Below are positions 28,033 to 37,946 of a DNA stretch of 64,000 bases, one piece after another. How positions within the stretch are numbered: the first letter of the stretch is position 1; each line of letters opens with the position of its first letter. Where the stretch lies: NCBI GenBank assembly GCA_963703225.1, contig OY969801.1:2592001-2656000 (forward strand), read 5' to 3'. Below the pieces are notes generated by a model that was not told the DNA's origin, did not search any database, and was given only the letters and a program-made list of their open reading frames with translations. This DNA comes from Candidatus Eiseniibacteriota bacterium (GTDB lineage Bacteria; Eisenbacteria; RBG-16-71-46; SZUA-252). The position numbers and the translations under genes were made by a program.

Positions 28033-30330
28033 TCAGTCCGGCAGCGGCCAGCGGAATTCGCGCCGATGCTCCGCGATGCGGCGGTGCACGCCGGCGATGA
28101 ACGGCTGCCAGCGCGGGTCGGCGTGGAGCGGAGCGAAGAAGATCGGATTCTCGTAGAGCGCCGCCGTGTCGTTGCCGAGCTCGACCGCCCGGTCGAGAAG
28201 CCGGAACGCTTCATCGAGCTCCCCGAGATGGCCAGCGAGGGCCGCCGCGTCGGCGGCGAAATCCATGTCGACGAGGGCGGATTGTTCCAAGGGCGCGCGG
28301 CTCTGGAGCGCCTTCTCGCGGTTTCCCGTCTTCAAGTAGGCGACCGCTCTGTCGAGCAGCGCTGATCTGCCCTGGAGTCCTTCGTCACCCAGCCTCTCGA
28401 ACTGGGTAACCGCCTCGCCAAAGCGACCGCGCGCGACGAGCAGCTCGCCGATCAACTCGTCCGCCCGATCCGGAAACCTGGGCCTCAGGTGCTGGAGCTG
28501 CGCCTCCGCGCGATCGAATTCTCCGCGCAACATGTGGAGCCGAGCCACCCCCAATTGGGTCCACGCAACATGGGGGTCGAGCTCGACGCCCTTCAACTCG
28601 GCCTGCATCGCCTCATCCAACATGTTGCAAAGTCGGAACAGATACGCGAAGTAGTGGTACAGAATCGGGTGATTGGGGGTCTTGCGGCGTGACGCCAGGA
28701 ATTCCCGATAGGCCTCGCGCCTTCTGCCGTACACAAGATGCATCGCGCCGGTCGCGAAACTTACTTGGGGGTCCTCGGGATCGAGGGCGCGCGCCTTCTC
28801 GATGGCTTCCCCAGCCTTGACATACCATATGGGGTCGGACTCGAAGCCGCTGTCGACCATGCTGTGATACGCGCTCCCGAGGTTCGCCCACGCCCGCGCG
28901 TAGCCGGGCTCGAGCAGCACGGCGCGCCGAAACTCGTTCGTCGCCCTTACAATTTCCTCGCGGGTTGTCGCCGCTCGATGCGCCTCCAGGCCTCGGAGAA
29001 ATAGCTCGTAGGCCTCGGGGGAAGGCGTGAACTTCCGCGCCGCTGCGCCAGAGGCGCCCAGAGCGTCCACGGAGAGCCTCGCCGTGAGCGCCTCCGCGAT
29101 CCCCTTCGCCACCTGGTCCTGAACCTCGAAGATGTCTTCGAAACCCAGGTCCACCTTCCCGGCCCACAACGCCCGGCCGCTCGGCGTCTCCACGAGGCGG
29201 GCGGTCGCGCGGAACCGGTCTCCCGCTCGTTGGAACGACGCGTCGAGCACCGCCGTCACGTCCAGCTCCTGCCCCACCCGCCGCGGCTCCACGGCCTGGT
29301 TCTCGTAGACTGCGATCGAGCCGGTGGAGCGGACGACGAGGTCGGGCGAGTTCATGAGACGCGTGATCACGGCGTCGGCCAGCCCCACGCCGAGGTAGTT
29401 GAGATCCGGGCTCCCGCCGATGTTCTTGAACGGAAGCACCGCGATCGCGCGGAGACTCTTCGCCGAGCCACCGAGGGAAGCCCCCCCGCCGCTCTGTGTC
29501 GCGGCGCCGCAGCCACACTCGAGCGTCTCCAAGTCGACGTCGAAATCGCGGGCCGAGGAATGCCGTCGCAGCGGATCCTTGGTCAGGGCCTTGGCGAGCA
29601 CGAAATCGAAATCGGTCGTGAGCGCGCGATTCACGCGCGACGGCGGCTCCGGCGATTCATGGAGGATGCGGTGCATCGTCTCGACCGCCGATTCGGCGGC
29701 GAAGGGATGCGCTCCGGTCAACAGCTCGTAGAGGATGGTGCCCAGGGAGAAGAGATCGCTCGAGGGGCCCGCAGCCTGGCCCAAGACCTGCTCGGGGGAC
29801 ATGTAGGGCGCGGTGCCCATCACCGTGCCGAGGGACGTCACGGTCTTCCCCTCCTCAGGCGAGAGGCTTCGGGCGAGGCCGAAGTCGAGAATTTTCAAGA
29901 TTCCATCGCGCCGGACCAGCATGTTCTCCGGCTTGAGGTCGCGATGGACCAGGCCCGCCGCGTGCGCCACCTGAAGCGCCGCGGTGGCCTGGCGCATCAT
30001 CGAGAGCACCGCGACCGGAGCGCGCGGTTTGGCGCGGGCCCATGCGCGGAGCGTCTCACCGTCGACCAGCTCCATCGCGACGAAGAGCGTGCCGTCCGAC
30101 TCGCCGAGATCGTGGACGATGATGATGTTGGGGTGATTGAGCGCGGATGCGGCGCGGGCTTCGTGGAGGAGGCGTTCCCTGCGCTCCGGGTCGTGCGTGA
30201 ATTCGGGCGGGAGCACCTTGATCGCGAGGCGCCGGTGGAGCGAAGGATCCTCCGCCAAGAAGACGCGGCCCATCCCGCCCTGCCCGAGAGGCTCGAGAAT
30301 CCGATACCGACCCAGCGAAGTCCCGATCAT
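28033..30330 (-). CDS. Hanks-type Ser/Thr kinase with TolB-N-like and TPR domains (cytoplasmic)
   Basis: GQGGMG, AIK, HRDLKPEN, DFG, YMSPEQ; IAVLPFKN; TPR-like helices; no TM segment. Confidence 0.93.
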   Translation of the reverse strand: MIGTSLGRYRILEPLGQGGMGRVFLAEDPSLHRRLAIKVLPPEFTHDPERRERLLHEARAASALNHPNIIIVHDLGESDGTLFVAMELVDGETLRAWARAKPRAPVAVLSMMRQATAALQVAHAAGLVHRDLKPENMLVRRDGILKILDFGLARSLSPEEGKTVTSLGTVMGTAPYMSPEQVLGQAAGPSSDLFSLGTILYELLTGAHPFAAESAVETMHRILHESPEPPSRVNRALTTDFDFVLAKALTKDPLRRHSSARDFDVDLETLECGCGAATQSGGGASLGGSAKSLRAIAVLPFKNIGGSPDLNYLGVGLADAVITRLMNSPDLVVRSTGSIAVYENQAVEPRRVGQELDVTAVLDASFQRAGDRFRATARLVETPSGRALWAGKVDLGFEDIFEVQDQVAKGIAEALTARLSVDALGASGAAARKFTPSPEAYELFLRGLEAHRAATTREEIVRATNEFRRAVLLEPGYARAWANLGSAYHSMVDSGFESDPIWYVKAGEAIEKARALDPEDPQVSFATGAMHLVYGRRREAYREFLASRRKTPNHPILYHYFAYLFRLCNMLDEAMQAELKGVELDPHVAWTQLGVARLHMLRGEFDRAEAQLQHLRPRFPDRADELIGELLVARGRFGEAVTQFERLGDEGLQGRSALLDRAVAYLKTGNREKALQSRAPLEQSALVDMDFAADAAALAGHLGELDEAFRLLDRAVELGNDTAALYENPIFFAPLHADPRWQPFIAGVHRRIAEHRREFRWPLPD

Positions 30331-30390
30331 GGGGGAAGGATAACACCCGCGCCGGGGGTGAGGGGCGGGCGGCGCGTGACCTCTGGCGCT

Positions 30391-31047
30391 CTAGTGGGCT
30401 CCGGTGGAATCGCTCGCGGCCGGCACGGTCTTATCGGCCGCCGCGCCGACAGCGCCAGGCGAAACCTTCGCGATGGCCTCGGCCAGCTCCTCCGCCTCGT
30501 CCGAGTCGTTGGCGCGGAGCCACGCGAGCTGGGTCTTGGCGTTGGCGAGATCCCCGCTCTGGAGGTAGGCCTCGCCCAGGTACTCGTGCGCTTCGTCGTA
30601 GTCGGGCTGGATGGAGAGGCACTTGTGATAGGCGGCGAAGGCCCGCTTGAGGTCGCCGGTCTTGCGGGAGCAGTAGCCCACCATGTTCCAGGCCTGGTAG
30701 TAGGCGTCGTCTCGTTCCACGGCGCCCTCGAACTGCTTGAGCGCCTTCCCGAATTTCTTCTTGGCGTCGCCGGTCTTGCCCGACTTATCCAGCGCCTTCG
30801 CCTCCTGCGCCATGTCGTAGCCCTTGGCGTAGAGCTTCTCCGCCTCGGCGCGGGTCGCCTTGATCTTCGCCGAATCGTCGCCGGCCGGAGTCTGCTGCGT
30901 GGCCGGCATCTCGCTCGCCGGCGGCTGTTGACGGGGCGGCGACGGGGCACTGCCTGAAGCCGAGGCCGAGGTCGTGCACCAAAGAAGCCCCAAGAGCGTG
31001 ATCGCGGCGGCGCGGATCGCAGTGGCGCTGCTCTTGTCTCGATTCAT
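30391..31047 (-). CDS. Secreted tetratricopeptide-repeat protein
   Basis: Signal peptide; AWNMVGYCSRKTG...AHEYLGEAYL; TGnTAGGAT 7 nt upstream. Confidence 0.85.
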   Translation of the reverse strand: MNRDKSSATAIRAAAITLLGLLWCTTSASASGSAPSPPRQQPPASEMPATQQTPAGDDSAKIKATRAEAEKLYAKGYDMAQEAKALDKSGKTGDAKKKFGKALKQFEGAVERDDAYYQAWNMVGYCSRKTGDLKRAFAAYHKCLSIQPDYDEAHEYLGEAYLQSGDLANAKTQLAWLRANDSDEAEELAEAIAKVSPGAVGAAADKTVPAASDSTGAH

Positions 31048-31096
31048 GCCCTGAATCCTACCAGATCGGGACCTCTTCCGGTATGCTCACCGCCCC

Positions 31097-32431
31097 ATGC
31101 GGAAGAGCCGAAGGTTTCCGCTCGTATCGACGGCAGCCGCGCTCTCGGCGCTCGTCACGCTCGCCGCCGATCCCGCCGCGGCGGCCGAAGCGCCCGGCGG
31201 CTCGGTCGTGCCGCTCCTCTTGGGACTCTCGATCGTCCTCGGCGCGGCCAAGGTCGTCGGTTGGCTCACGACCAAGGTCGGCCAGCCGGCCGTCCTGGGC
31301 GAGCTCATCGCCGGCATCCTCATCGGGAACCTCACCCTCGCCGGCTACCACGGCCTCGAATGGCTGCGCGGCGACCCGACGCTCTCGCTCCTCGCCGAGT
31401 TGGGCGTGATCGTGCTCCTCTTCGAGGTCGGGCTCCAGTCGAGCATGGAGCAGATGCGGCGCGTCGGCGCCTCCGCGTTCCTCGTCGCCCTGATCGGCGT
31501 CGTTACCCCGTTCGCGCTCGGCTGGCTCGCCGGCGCATGGCTCCTCCCAGGGCACTCCCCCTACGTGCAGGCTTTCCTGGGAGCCGTCTTGACCGCGACC
31601 AGCGTGGGGATCACCGCCCGCGTGCTCCGCGACCTGAACGCGACCCAGACGACGGAGGCCCGGATCATCCTCGGCGCCGCGGTGATCGACGACGTGATGG
31701 GGCTCGTGATCCTCGCGGTGGTGAGCAGCGCGATCACGGTGGCCGGACAGGGGGGCGGCCCGCTCCCGCTCGCGAAGATCGCATGGATTTCGGCCAAGGC
31801 ACTCGGATTCCTCGCGGCGGCGATCTTCTTCGGCACGCTCTTGGCGCCACGCCTTCTCGGGCTTGCGGCGCGGGTCCGCGTTCGGGGAATCCTGCTCACG
31901 TCGGGGCTCCTCTTCTGCTTCCTGCTCTCCTACCTCGCCGCGCTCGCCGGCTTGGCGCCGATCGTCGGGGCCTTCGCGGCCGGCCTGATCTTGGAGCCGG
32001 CTTACTTCGATCAGTTCGAGGAGAGCCGCGAGCGAAGCCTGGAGTCGTTCCTCAACCCGGTCTCGGCGTTCCTCGTCCCGATCTTCTTCGTCCTGACTGG
32101 GATTCGCGTGGAGCTCGCCACGCTCGGGGATCCGCGCATTCTGGGTCTCGCGGCGGTTCTGATCCTGGTCGCGTGGCTCGGCAAGCAAGCCTGCTCGCTC
32201 GGAATCCTGGAGCGCGGCGTCGATCGATTGACGGTGGGGCTCGGGATGGTTCCACGCGGGGAGGTGGGGCTCATCTTCGCCAACATCGGGGCCACGCTGA
32301 CGATCGGCGGGGAGCGGGTGATCACGTCCGCGACCTACTCCGCGGTCGTGATCATGGTCATCGTGACGACGCTGGTCACCCCGCCCGCGCTTCAGTGGAG
32401 CCTGAGCCGGATGAAGAGGCGGCGCGCCTGA
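31097..32431 (+). CDS. Cation:proton antiporter (CPA2, NapA/KefB-like)
   Basis: GQPAVLGEL, LLFEVGL, ATSVGITARV, AAVIDD, PRGEV. Confidence 0.92.
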   Translation: MRKSRRFPLVSTAAALSALVTLAADPAAAAEAPGGSVVPLLLGLSIVLGAAKVVGWLTTKVGQPAVLGELIAGILIGNLTLAGYHGLEWLRGDPTLSLLAELGVIVLLFEVGLQSSMEQMRRVGASAFLVALIGVVTPFALGWLAGAWLLPGHSPYVQAFLGAVLTATSVGITARVLRDLNATQTTEARIILGAAVIDDVMGLVILAVVSSAITVAGQGGGPLPLAKIAWISAKALGFLAAAIFFGTLLAPRLLGLAARVRVRGILLTSGLLFCFLLSYLAALAGLAPIVGAFAAGLILEPAYFDQFEESRERSLESFLNPVSAFLVPIFFVLTGIRVELATLGDPRILGLAAVLILVAWLGKQACSLGILERGVDRLTVGLGMVPRGEVGLIFANIGATLTIGGERVITSATYSAVVIMVIVTTLVTPPALQWSLSRMKRRRA

Positions 32432-32437
32432 ATCCCT

Positions 32438-33337
32438 CTACGTAGCCGCGCCCCCGCCCCTCACGGCGTCCCGGACCCGCGACCGGAGCGGCCTCCCCAG
32501 CGCTTTCGCGAGTAGATCCGACGCGGCCGAAACCCGCTCGAGGTCGAGCGAGACCGAGGCGCCCGAGCGGCTGAGCGCCCAGCAGAGATCCTCGGTGGCC
32601 ACATTCCCCGCCGCTCCCGGGGCGTAGGGACAGCCTCCCACGCCTCCCGCGGAGGCGTCGAAGATCGAGATGCCCCGCTCGTAGGCCGCCAGCGCGTTGG
32701 CCACGGCGGTGCCGTAGGTATCGTGGAAGTGCATCGCGATCCGATCCTGGGCGAGCGCGTCGAGGAGAAGATCGAGGAGGGCGTGGACCTCTAGCGGCAC
32801 CGCCTTCCCGATCGTGTCGCCGATCGAGATCTCGTCGACGCCCAGGTCGAGGAGGCGCTTCACCACGTCGACGGCCGCCTGGGGCTCGATCTTTCCCTCG
32901 TACGGGCACCAGAACGCGGTGGAGACGTAGCCGCGCACGGTGATCCCGGCCGCCTGGGCGCGAGGAACCACCGGGGCGAAGCGCTCGATCGACTCCACGA
33001 TCCCCGCGTTGATGTTCTTCCGGTTGAAAGTCTCCGAGGCGGCGGTGAAGACCGCGATTTTCCCGGCGCGGGCGGCCAACGCCCGCTCGAGGCCCTGCTC
33101 GTTCGGCACCAGGGCGGAATAGAGAACGCCTTCGCGCCTCCTGATCCGCCGAAAGAGATCCTCCGCGTCCGCGAGCTGGGGGATCCACTTGGGCGAGACG
33201 AACGCGCTCACCTCGATCTCGTCGTACCCCGCCTCCGAGAGCGCGTCCACGAAGGCCGCCTTCACCTCGGTGGGGATGATCGCCTTCTCGTTCTGGAGCC
33301 CGTCTCGGGGGCCCACTTCCACGATCCGTACCTTCAC
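32438..33337 (-). CDS. liuE: Hydroxymethylglutaryl-CoA lyase
   Basis: EVGPRDGLQNE, HFHDTYG, GGCPYAPGAAGNVATED. Confidence 0.93.
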   Translation of the reverse strand: MKVRIVEVGPRDGLQNEKAIIPTEVKAAFVDALSEAGYDEIEVSAFVSPKWIPQLADAEDLFRRIRRREGVLYSALVPNEQGLERALAARAGKIAVFTAASETFNRKNINAGIVESIERFAPVVPRAQAAGITVRGYVSTAFWCPYEGKIEPQAAVDVVKRLLDLGVDEISIGDTIGKAVPLEVHALLDLLLDALAQDRIAMHFHDTYGTAVANALAAYERGISIFDASAGGVGGCPYAPGAAGNVATEDLCWALSRSGASVSLDLERVSAASDLLAKALGRPLRSRVRDAVRGGGAAT

Positions 33338-33831
33338 GACGATTCCTTTGGCTTAAGCCGGATCAGGAGTTGCCCCAGCTCGACCCGATCCCCTTCGACG
33401 CAGAGGACCTCCGTCACGGCGCCGTCCTCGGGCGCGGAGAGCTTGAATTCCATCTTCATGGCCTCGATCGTGAGGAGCAGATCTCCCTCGCGCGCGCCCA
33501 TCCCGGGACGCGCCGCGACGGTGACCACCCTCCCGGTCATGGGCGCCCGGATCTCGTCGGTGGAGCGCGCACCCTCCACCGCCGCGGCTTCCCGGTGCGG
33601 CCGCTCCAGGAAGTAAGTCCGCCCTTCGTGCGTCACCCAGACGCCGCGGGGTGTCGCGACCGCCGCGCAGCGGGTGGTGCGCCCGCCTTGCTCGATCTCG
33701 ATCCAATCGCCGTCGCGGTGGACGTTCGCGTCGATTACCTTGCCCTCCCGCGTCCAGACGGCGTGCGGAGATCGGAGGTTGAGCTCCGCTTCGACGGGCT
33801 GGCCCATCCATCGCAGCGAGACGCGGCTCAA
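33334..33831 (-). CDS. Biotin carboxyl carrier subunit (C-terminal part of a split methylcrotonyl-CoA carboxylase alpha)
   Basis: APMTG and EAMKME biotinylation motif; GGAGG SD and TTGA overlap. Confidence 0.88.
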   Translation of the reverse strand: MSRVSLRWMGQPVEAELNLRSPHAVWTREGKVIDANVHRDGDWIEIEQGGRTTRCAAVATPRGVWVTHEGRTYFLERPHREAAAVEGARSTDEIRAPMTGRVVTVAARPGMGAREGDLLLTIEAMKMEFKLSAPEDGAVTEVLCVEGDRVELGQLLIRLKPKESS

Positions 33832-35354
33832 GCGGCCTCCCCCGCGCGCATCCGCCCCCACCCGCCGAAGAGACGCCAGGGCGAATAGAGGTCGGCGTCC
33901 TCCCGCTCCCCATCCCGGTGACGGCGCGGGGCGAGGAGCGCGACCGCGGCGGCAAGGAGCGCCTCGTCCGGAATCGTGTCCGGCCCGGGCCAGGCGCGCG
34001 ACTCGACGGTGTGGGTAAAGGTCTCGCCCTTCACGAACGCGGAATCCTCGAGCAGGTCGATCAGGAATCCCTGATTCGTCTCGACACCCAGGAGCGCGAG
34101 CTGGCGGAGGGCCGCCACGAGGCGCCGGCGCGCTTCCTCGCGGTCTTTCCCGCGCGCGATCACCTTGGCGAGGAGCGAGTCGTAATGGACGTGGACCGTC
34201 CCGCCCTCGGCGATGCCCGCGTCGACCCGGATGCCCTCCCCGGTGGGCCACTCGAGGAGCAGGATCTTGCCGGTCTGGGGCAGGAAGCCGGCCGCGGCGC
34301 TCTCCGCGTTGAGGCGCGCCTCGATCGCGTGCCCGCGGGGACGCGCCACCGTGGGCACGCGGCCGCCCGCCGCGATCTCGACCTGGGCGCGGACCAGGTC
34401 GAGGCCGAACCGCGCCTCCGTGATCGGGTGCTCCACCTGAAGCCGCGCGTTCACCTCGAGAAAGTAGAACGAGCCGTCGAGCGCGAGGAGGAACTCCACC
34501 GTCCCCGCGCCCGCGTAGCCCGCGTCGCGGGCGAGCGTCACCGCTGCCCGCTCCATCGCCTCCCGCGTCGCCGCGCTCACCGCGGGCGAGGGGGATTCCT
34601 CGATCAGTTTCTGATACCGGCGCTGGAGGCTGCACTCGCGCTCTCCGAGCGCGACGGCTTCCATCCCGTCTCCCAGGATCTGCACCTCGACGTGGCGTGC
34701 CGGATGGACGCGCTTCTCGAGGAAGAGCCGTCCGTCTCCAAACGCCGCCTCGGCCTCGCGGCGCGCGCCGTCGAACGCGGCGGAGAGCTCCTCCGCGTTC
34801 GAGGCAAACCTCATGCCTCGGCCGCCCCCTCCACCCGCCGCCTTGAGCAGCACCGGATAACCGACCCGCTCTGCCTCCGAGCGCGCGCGCTCCGCGGTCT
34901 CCACGCCCTCGACCCCAGGCACGACGGGCACGCCCAGGCGCACCGCGGCCTTTCGCGCCGAGGCCTTGTCGCCCAGGCGCTCCATGCTCTCGGGCGAAGG
35001 CCCGATGAAGACGATTCCGGCGTCCCGGCAGGCGCGCGCGAAAGAGGCGCGTTCGGAGAGGAATCCGTACCCGGGATGGATCGCGTCGGCGCCCACCGTT
35101 CGCGCGGCGTCGAGGATTCGATCCGCGTCCAGATAGCTCTCGGCCGCGGGGGCGGGACCGATCGCGACCCGCTCGTCGGCGGAGCGTGCATGGAGCGCGC
35201 CGCGGTCGGCGTCCGAGGTGACCGCCACCGACGGGATCCCCATCTCGCGGAGGGTCCGGAACACCCGAACCGCGATCTCCCCTCGATTCGCGACCAATAC
35301 CTTACGAAACGGTGCCGCTTTCCGCGCGGCCAGGTCGGCGAGAGCGGGCGTCAC
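33828..35354 (-). CDS. Biotin carboxylase subunit (N-terminal part of methylcrotonyl-CoA carboxylase alpha)
   Basis: VANRGEIA, HPGYGFLSE, GGGGRGM, ECSLQRR, EVNARLQVEH; start position approximate. Confidence 0.92.
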   Translation of the reverse strand: MTPALADLAARKAAPFRKVLVANRGEIAVRVFRTLREMGIPSVAVTSDADRGALHARSADERVAIGPAPAAESYLDADRILDAARTVGADAIHPGYGFLSERASFARACRDAGIVFIGPSPESMERLGDKASARKAAVRLGVPVVPGVEGVETAERARSEAERVGYPVLLKAAGGGGGRGMRFASNAEELSAAFDGARREAEAAFGDGRLFLEKRVHPARHVEVQILGDGMEAVALGERECSLQRRYQKLIEESPSPAVSAATREAMERAAVTLARDAGYAGAGTVEFLLALDGSFYFLEVNARLQVEHPITEARFGLDLVRAQVEIAAGGRVPTVARPRGHAIEARLNAESAAAGFLPQTGKILLLEWPTGEGIRVDAGIAEGGTVHVHYDSLLAKVIARGKDREEARRRLVAALRQLALLGVETNQGFLIDLLEDSAFVKGETFTHTVESRAWPGPDTIPDEALLAAAVALLAPRRHRDGEREDADLYSPWRLFGGWGRMRAGEAA

Positions 35355-35370
35355 GGACGAGGCCCTTGGG

Positions 35371-36174
35371 TCACCGCTTCCAAGCGGGGCGTCGCTTCTC
35401 GAGGAAGGCGCCGAGGCCTTCTTGCCCTTCGGGAGAGGCGCGGAGCCCAGCGATCGCGCGGACCGCGTTCGCGATCGCCTCCTCGCGTCGAAGCGCAAGG
35501 CCGTCCCGGATCAGTCCCTTGGCGGCCGCCACCGCGCGGGGCCCGTTCCCGGCGATCGCGTCGGCGACGCGCGTGACGGCTGGATCGAGCCCGTCGGGCG
35601 CGACCACCTCGTGGACCAAGCCGATCGCCTTCGCCTCGGCCGCCTTGAACATCTCGCCCGTCAGAAAGTATCGCCGCGCGGCCGACGCGCCGATCTTGGG
35701 GAGGACAAACGCGGAAATGACCGCGGGTGCGATTCCGAGGCGCACCTCGGTAAACCCGAAGTCGGCGCCCTCCGCCGCGACCACCACGTCGCAACAGGCG
35801 ATCAAGCCCATTCCGCCGCCCAGGCAGGCGCCGTTGACGCGTGCGATGGTCGGAATCGGAAGCTCGTCCAGCGCGCGGAGCATCGCGGCAAAGCGACCGG
35901 CGTCCGCCTCGTTCTCCTCCCGCGAGAAGCCCACGCTTCGGCGCATCCAGTTCATGTCGGCGCCCGCGCAGAAGGCCGCGCCATCGCCGGTCACGACCAG
36001 CGCGCGCGGGGCGCGCTCCGGTGCGGCGTCGAACCCTCGAGCCACCTCGCCGAGCGCCTGGGTGACCTCCGCGATCAGTCCCTCGTCGAACGCGTTTCGA
36101 ACTTCCGGGCGGGCCAGCGTGAGCCGGGCGATCGGGGCGCCGGTCTCGAAGCGAAGGCGGGTGTAGGGACTCAT
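35371..36174 (-). CDS. liuC: Methylglutaconyl-CoA hydratase (crotonase family)
   Basis: RPEVRNAFD, FCAGAD, GGGMGL, EVRLGIAPA; position in the liu cluster. Confidence 0.88.
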   Translation of the reverse strand: MSPYTRLRFETGAPIARLTLARPEVRNAFDEGLIAEVTQALGEVARGFDAAPERAPRALVVTGDGAAFCAGADMNWMRRSVGFSREENEADAGRFAAMLRALDELPIPTIARVNGACLGGGMGLIACCDVVVAAEGADFGFTEVRLGIAPAVISAFVLPKIGASAARRYFLTGEMFKAAEAKAIGLVHEVVAPDGLDPAVTRVADAIAGNGPRAVAAAKGLIRDGLALRREEAIANAVRAIAGLRASPEGQEGLGAFLEKRRPAWKR

Positions 36175-36207
36175 CGAAGGCGATCGGAGCGCGCGATGCC
36201 CACCGCG

Positions 36208-37815
36208 CTACATCCGGTAGACGGGCGCCGGCCCGCGGGTGACCGGAGCGTTGAGCGTCGCCGAGAGCGCCAGCGCGATCGCCGCGCGGGTGTCGGCCGG
36301 ATCGATGACGCCGTCGTCCCAAAGGTGCGCGGTCGCGAAGTAGGGACTCCCCTCCCGCTCGTACTTCTCGAGAACCGGGTCCGCGATCGCGGCCGCATCC
36401 GCGTGGGACAGCGTCTTCTTTTCGCGCGCCAGCTGGTCCCGCTTGACCTGCACCAGGACCGACGCCGCCTGCTCGGCGCCCATCACCGAGATCCGGGAAT
36501 TGGGCCACGCGAAGAGAAAGCGGGGACGGTACCCGCGGCCGCACATGGCGTAGTTCCCCGCCCCGTGTGAGGCGCCGATCAAAACCGTCAGGCGGGGCAC
36601 CTCCGCGGTCGCCACGGCCTGGACCATCTTCGCGCCGTCCTTGGCGATCCCGCCCTCCTCGTAGCGCTTCCCGACCATGAACCCGGTGATGTTCTGGAGA
36701 AAGATCAACGGGATGCGCCGCTGCGCGCAGAGCTCCACGAAGTGGGCGCCCTTGAGCGCGCTTTCCGAGAAGAGGACGCCGTTGTTCGCGACGATTCCAA
36801 CCGGGTATCCCGCCCAGCGCGCGAACCCGGTGACCAGCGTGGTGCCGTAGTTTGCCTTGAATTCGTGAAGCCGGCTTCCATCCACCAAGCGGGCCAGAAG
36901 CTCGTGCACGTCGTAGGGCTGCTTCGTATCGGGTGGCAGCACGCCGTAGATCTCATCGGGCGGGTAAAGCGGATCGGCGGGCTCGGCGACGTCGAGGTCG
37001 ATGCGCTTGACGGTCCCCAGCCGTTCCACAATGTCGCGGACGATTTGGAGCGCCTCTTCCTCGCTCGCCGCCATGTGATCGGTCACGCCGCTCACCCGCG
37101 AGTGGACCTCCGCGCCGCCCAGCTCTTCGGGCGACACCTCCTCGCCGGTCGCCGCCTTCACCAGGGGCGGCCCGCCGAGATAGATCGTCCCCGTGCCGCG
37201 CACGATCACGTTCTCGTCCGACATCGCAGGGACGTAGGCGCCGCCCGCGGTGCACATGCCGAGCACGGCGGCGACTTGCGGAATCGCCTGGGCGGACATG
37301 ATCGCCTGGTTGTAGAAAATGCGGCCGAAATGCTCCTTGTCGGGGAACACCTCGGCCTGCATCGGCAGGAAGACCCCGCCCGAATCGACCAGATAGACCG
37401 CCGGCATTCGATTCTCGAGCGCGATCTCTTGCGCCCGGATGTGCTTCTTGATCGTGACGGGGTAGTAGGTGCCGCCCTTGACCGTGGCGTCGTTCGCCAC
37501 GACCACGCACTCGCGCCCCGAGATCACGCCCACGCCGGTGACGATGCCCGAAGAGGGAACCTCATTGTCGTAGAGGCCGCCGCCGGCCAGTGCCGAAAGC
37601 TCGAGGAACGGGGTGTCGGGGTCCAGTAGGCGCTCGATCCGCTCGCGAGGCAGGAGCTTGCCCCGGCTCCGATGGAGCGCGACCGCCTGATCGGAGCCCC
37701 CCCGACGGACCGCGTCCAGGCGGCGCTTCAGGTCCTGGGCGAGGCCCTCGTGGTGCTTCCGATTGGCCTGAAATTCAGGGCTCTGCGTCTTCAGACGGCT
37801 CTTGAGGACGCTCAT
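36208..37815 (-). CDS. liuB: Methylcrotonyl-CoA carboxylase carboxyltransferase (beta) subunit
   Basis: [43 protein letters not shown]. Confidence 0.93.
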   Translation of the reverse strand: MSVLKSRLKTQSPEFQANRKHHEGLAQDLKRRLDAVRRGGSDQAVALHRSRGKLLPRERIERLLDPDTPFLELSALAGGGLYDNEVPSSGIVTGVGVISGRECVVVANDATVKGGTYYPVTIKKHIRAQEIALENRMPAVYLVDSGGVFLPMQAEVFPDKEHFGRIFYNQAIMSAQAIPQVAAVLGMCTAGGAYVPAMSDENVIVRGTGTIYLGGPPLVKAATGEEVSPEELGGAEVHSRVSGVTDHMAASEEEALQIVRDIVERLGTVKRIDLDVAEPADPLYPPDEIYGVLPPDTKQPYDVHELLARLVDGSRLHEFKANYGTTLVTGFARWAGYPVGIVANNGVLFSESALKGAHFVELCAQRRIPLIFLQNITGFMVGKRYEEGGIAKDGAKMVQAVATAEVPRLTVLIGASHGAGNYAMCGRGYRPRFLFAWPNSRISVMGAEQAASVLVQVKRDQLAREKKTLSHADAAAIADPVLEKYEREGSPYFATAHLWDDGVIDPADTRAAIALALSATLNAPVTRGPAPVYRM

Positions 37816-37946
37816 GGAGGGATCACTCTAACCTCCCGAGCCACAAAGGGAAAGCGGAGAAGATCGGGCCGAATCCGGCTCGAGATCGCGCCCGATTCCG
37901 CCGATAAGACGAGTGACGGAAACTCCCTCTACCAGGAAGCGGTGCC

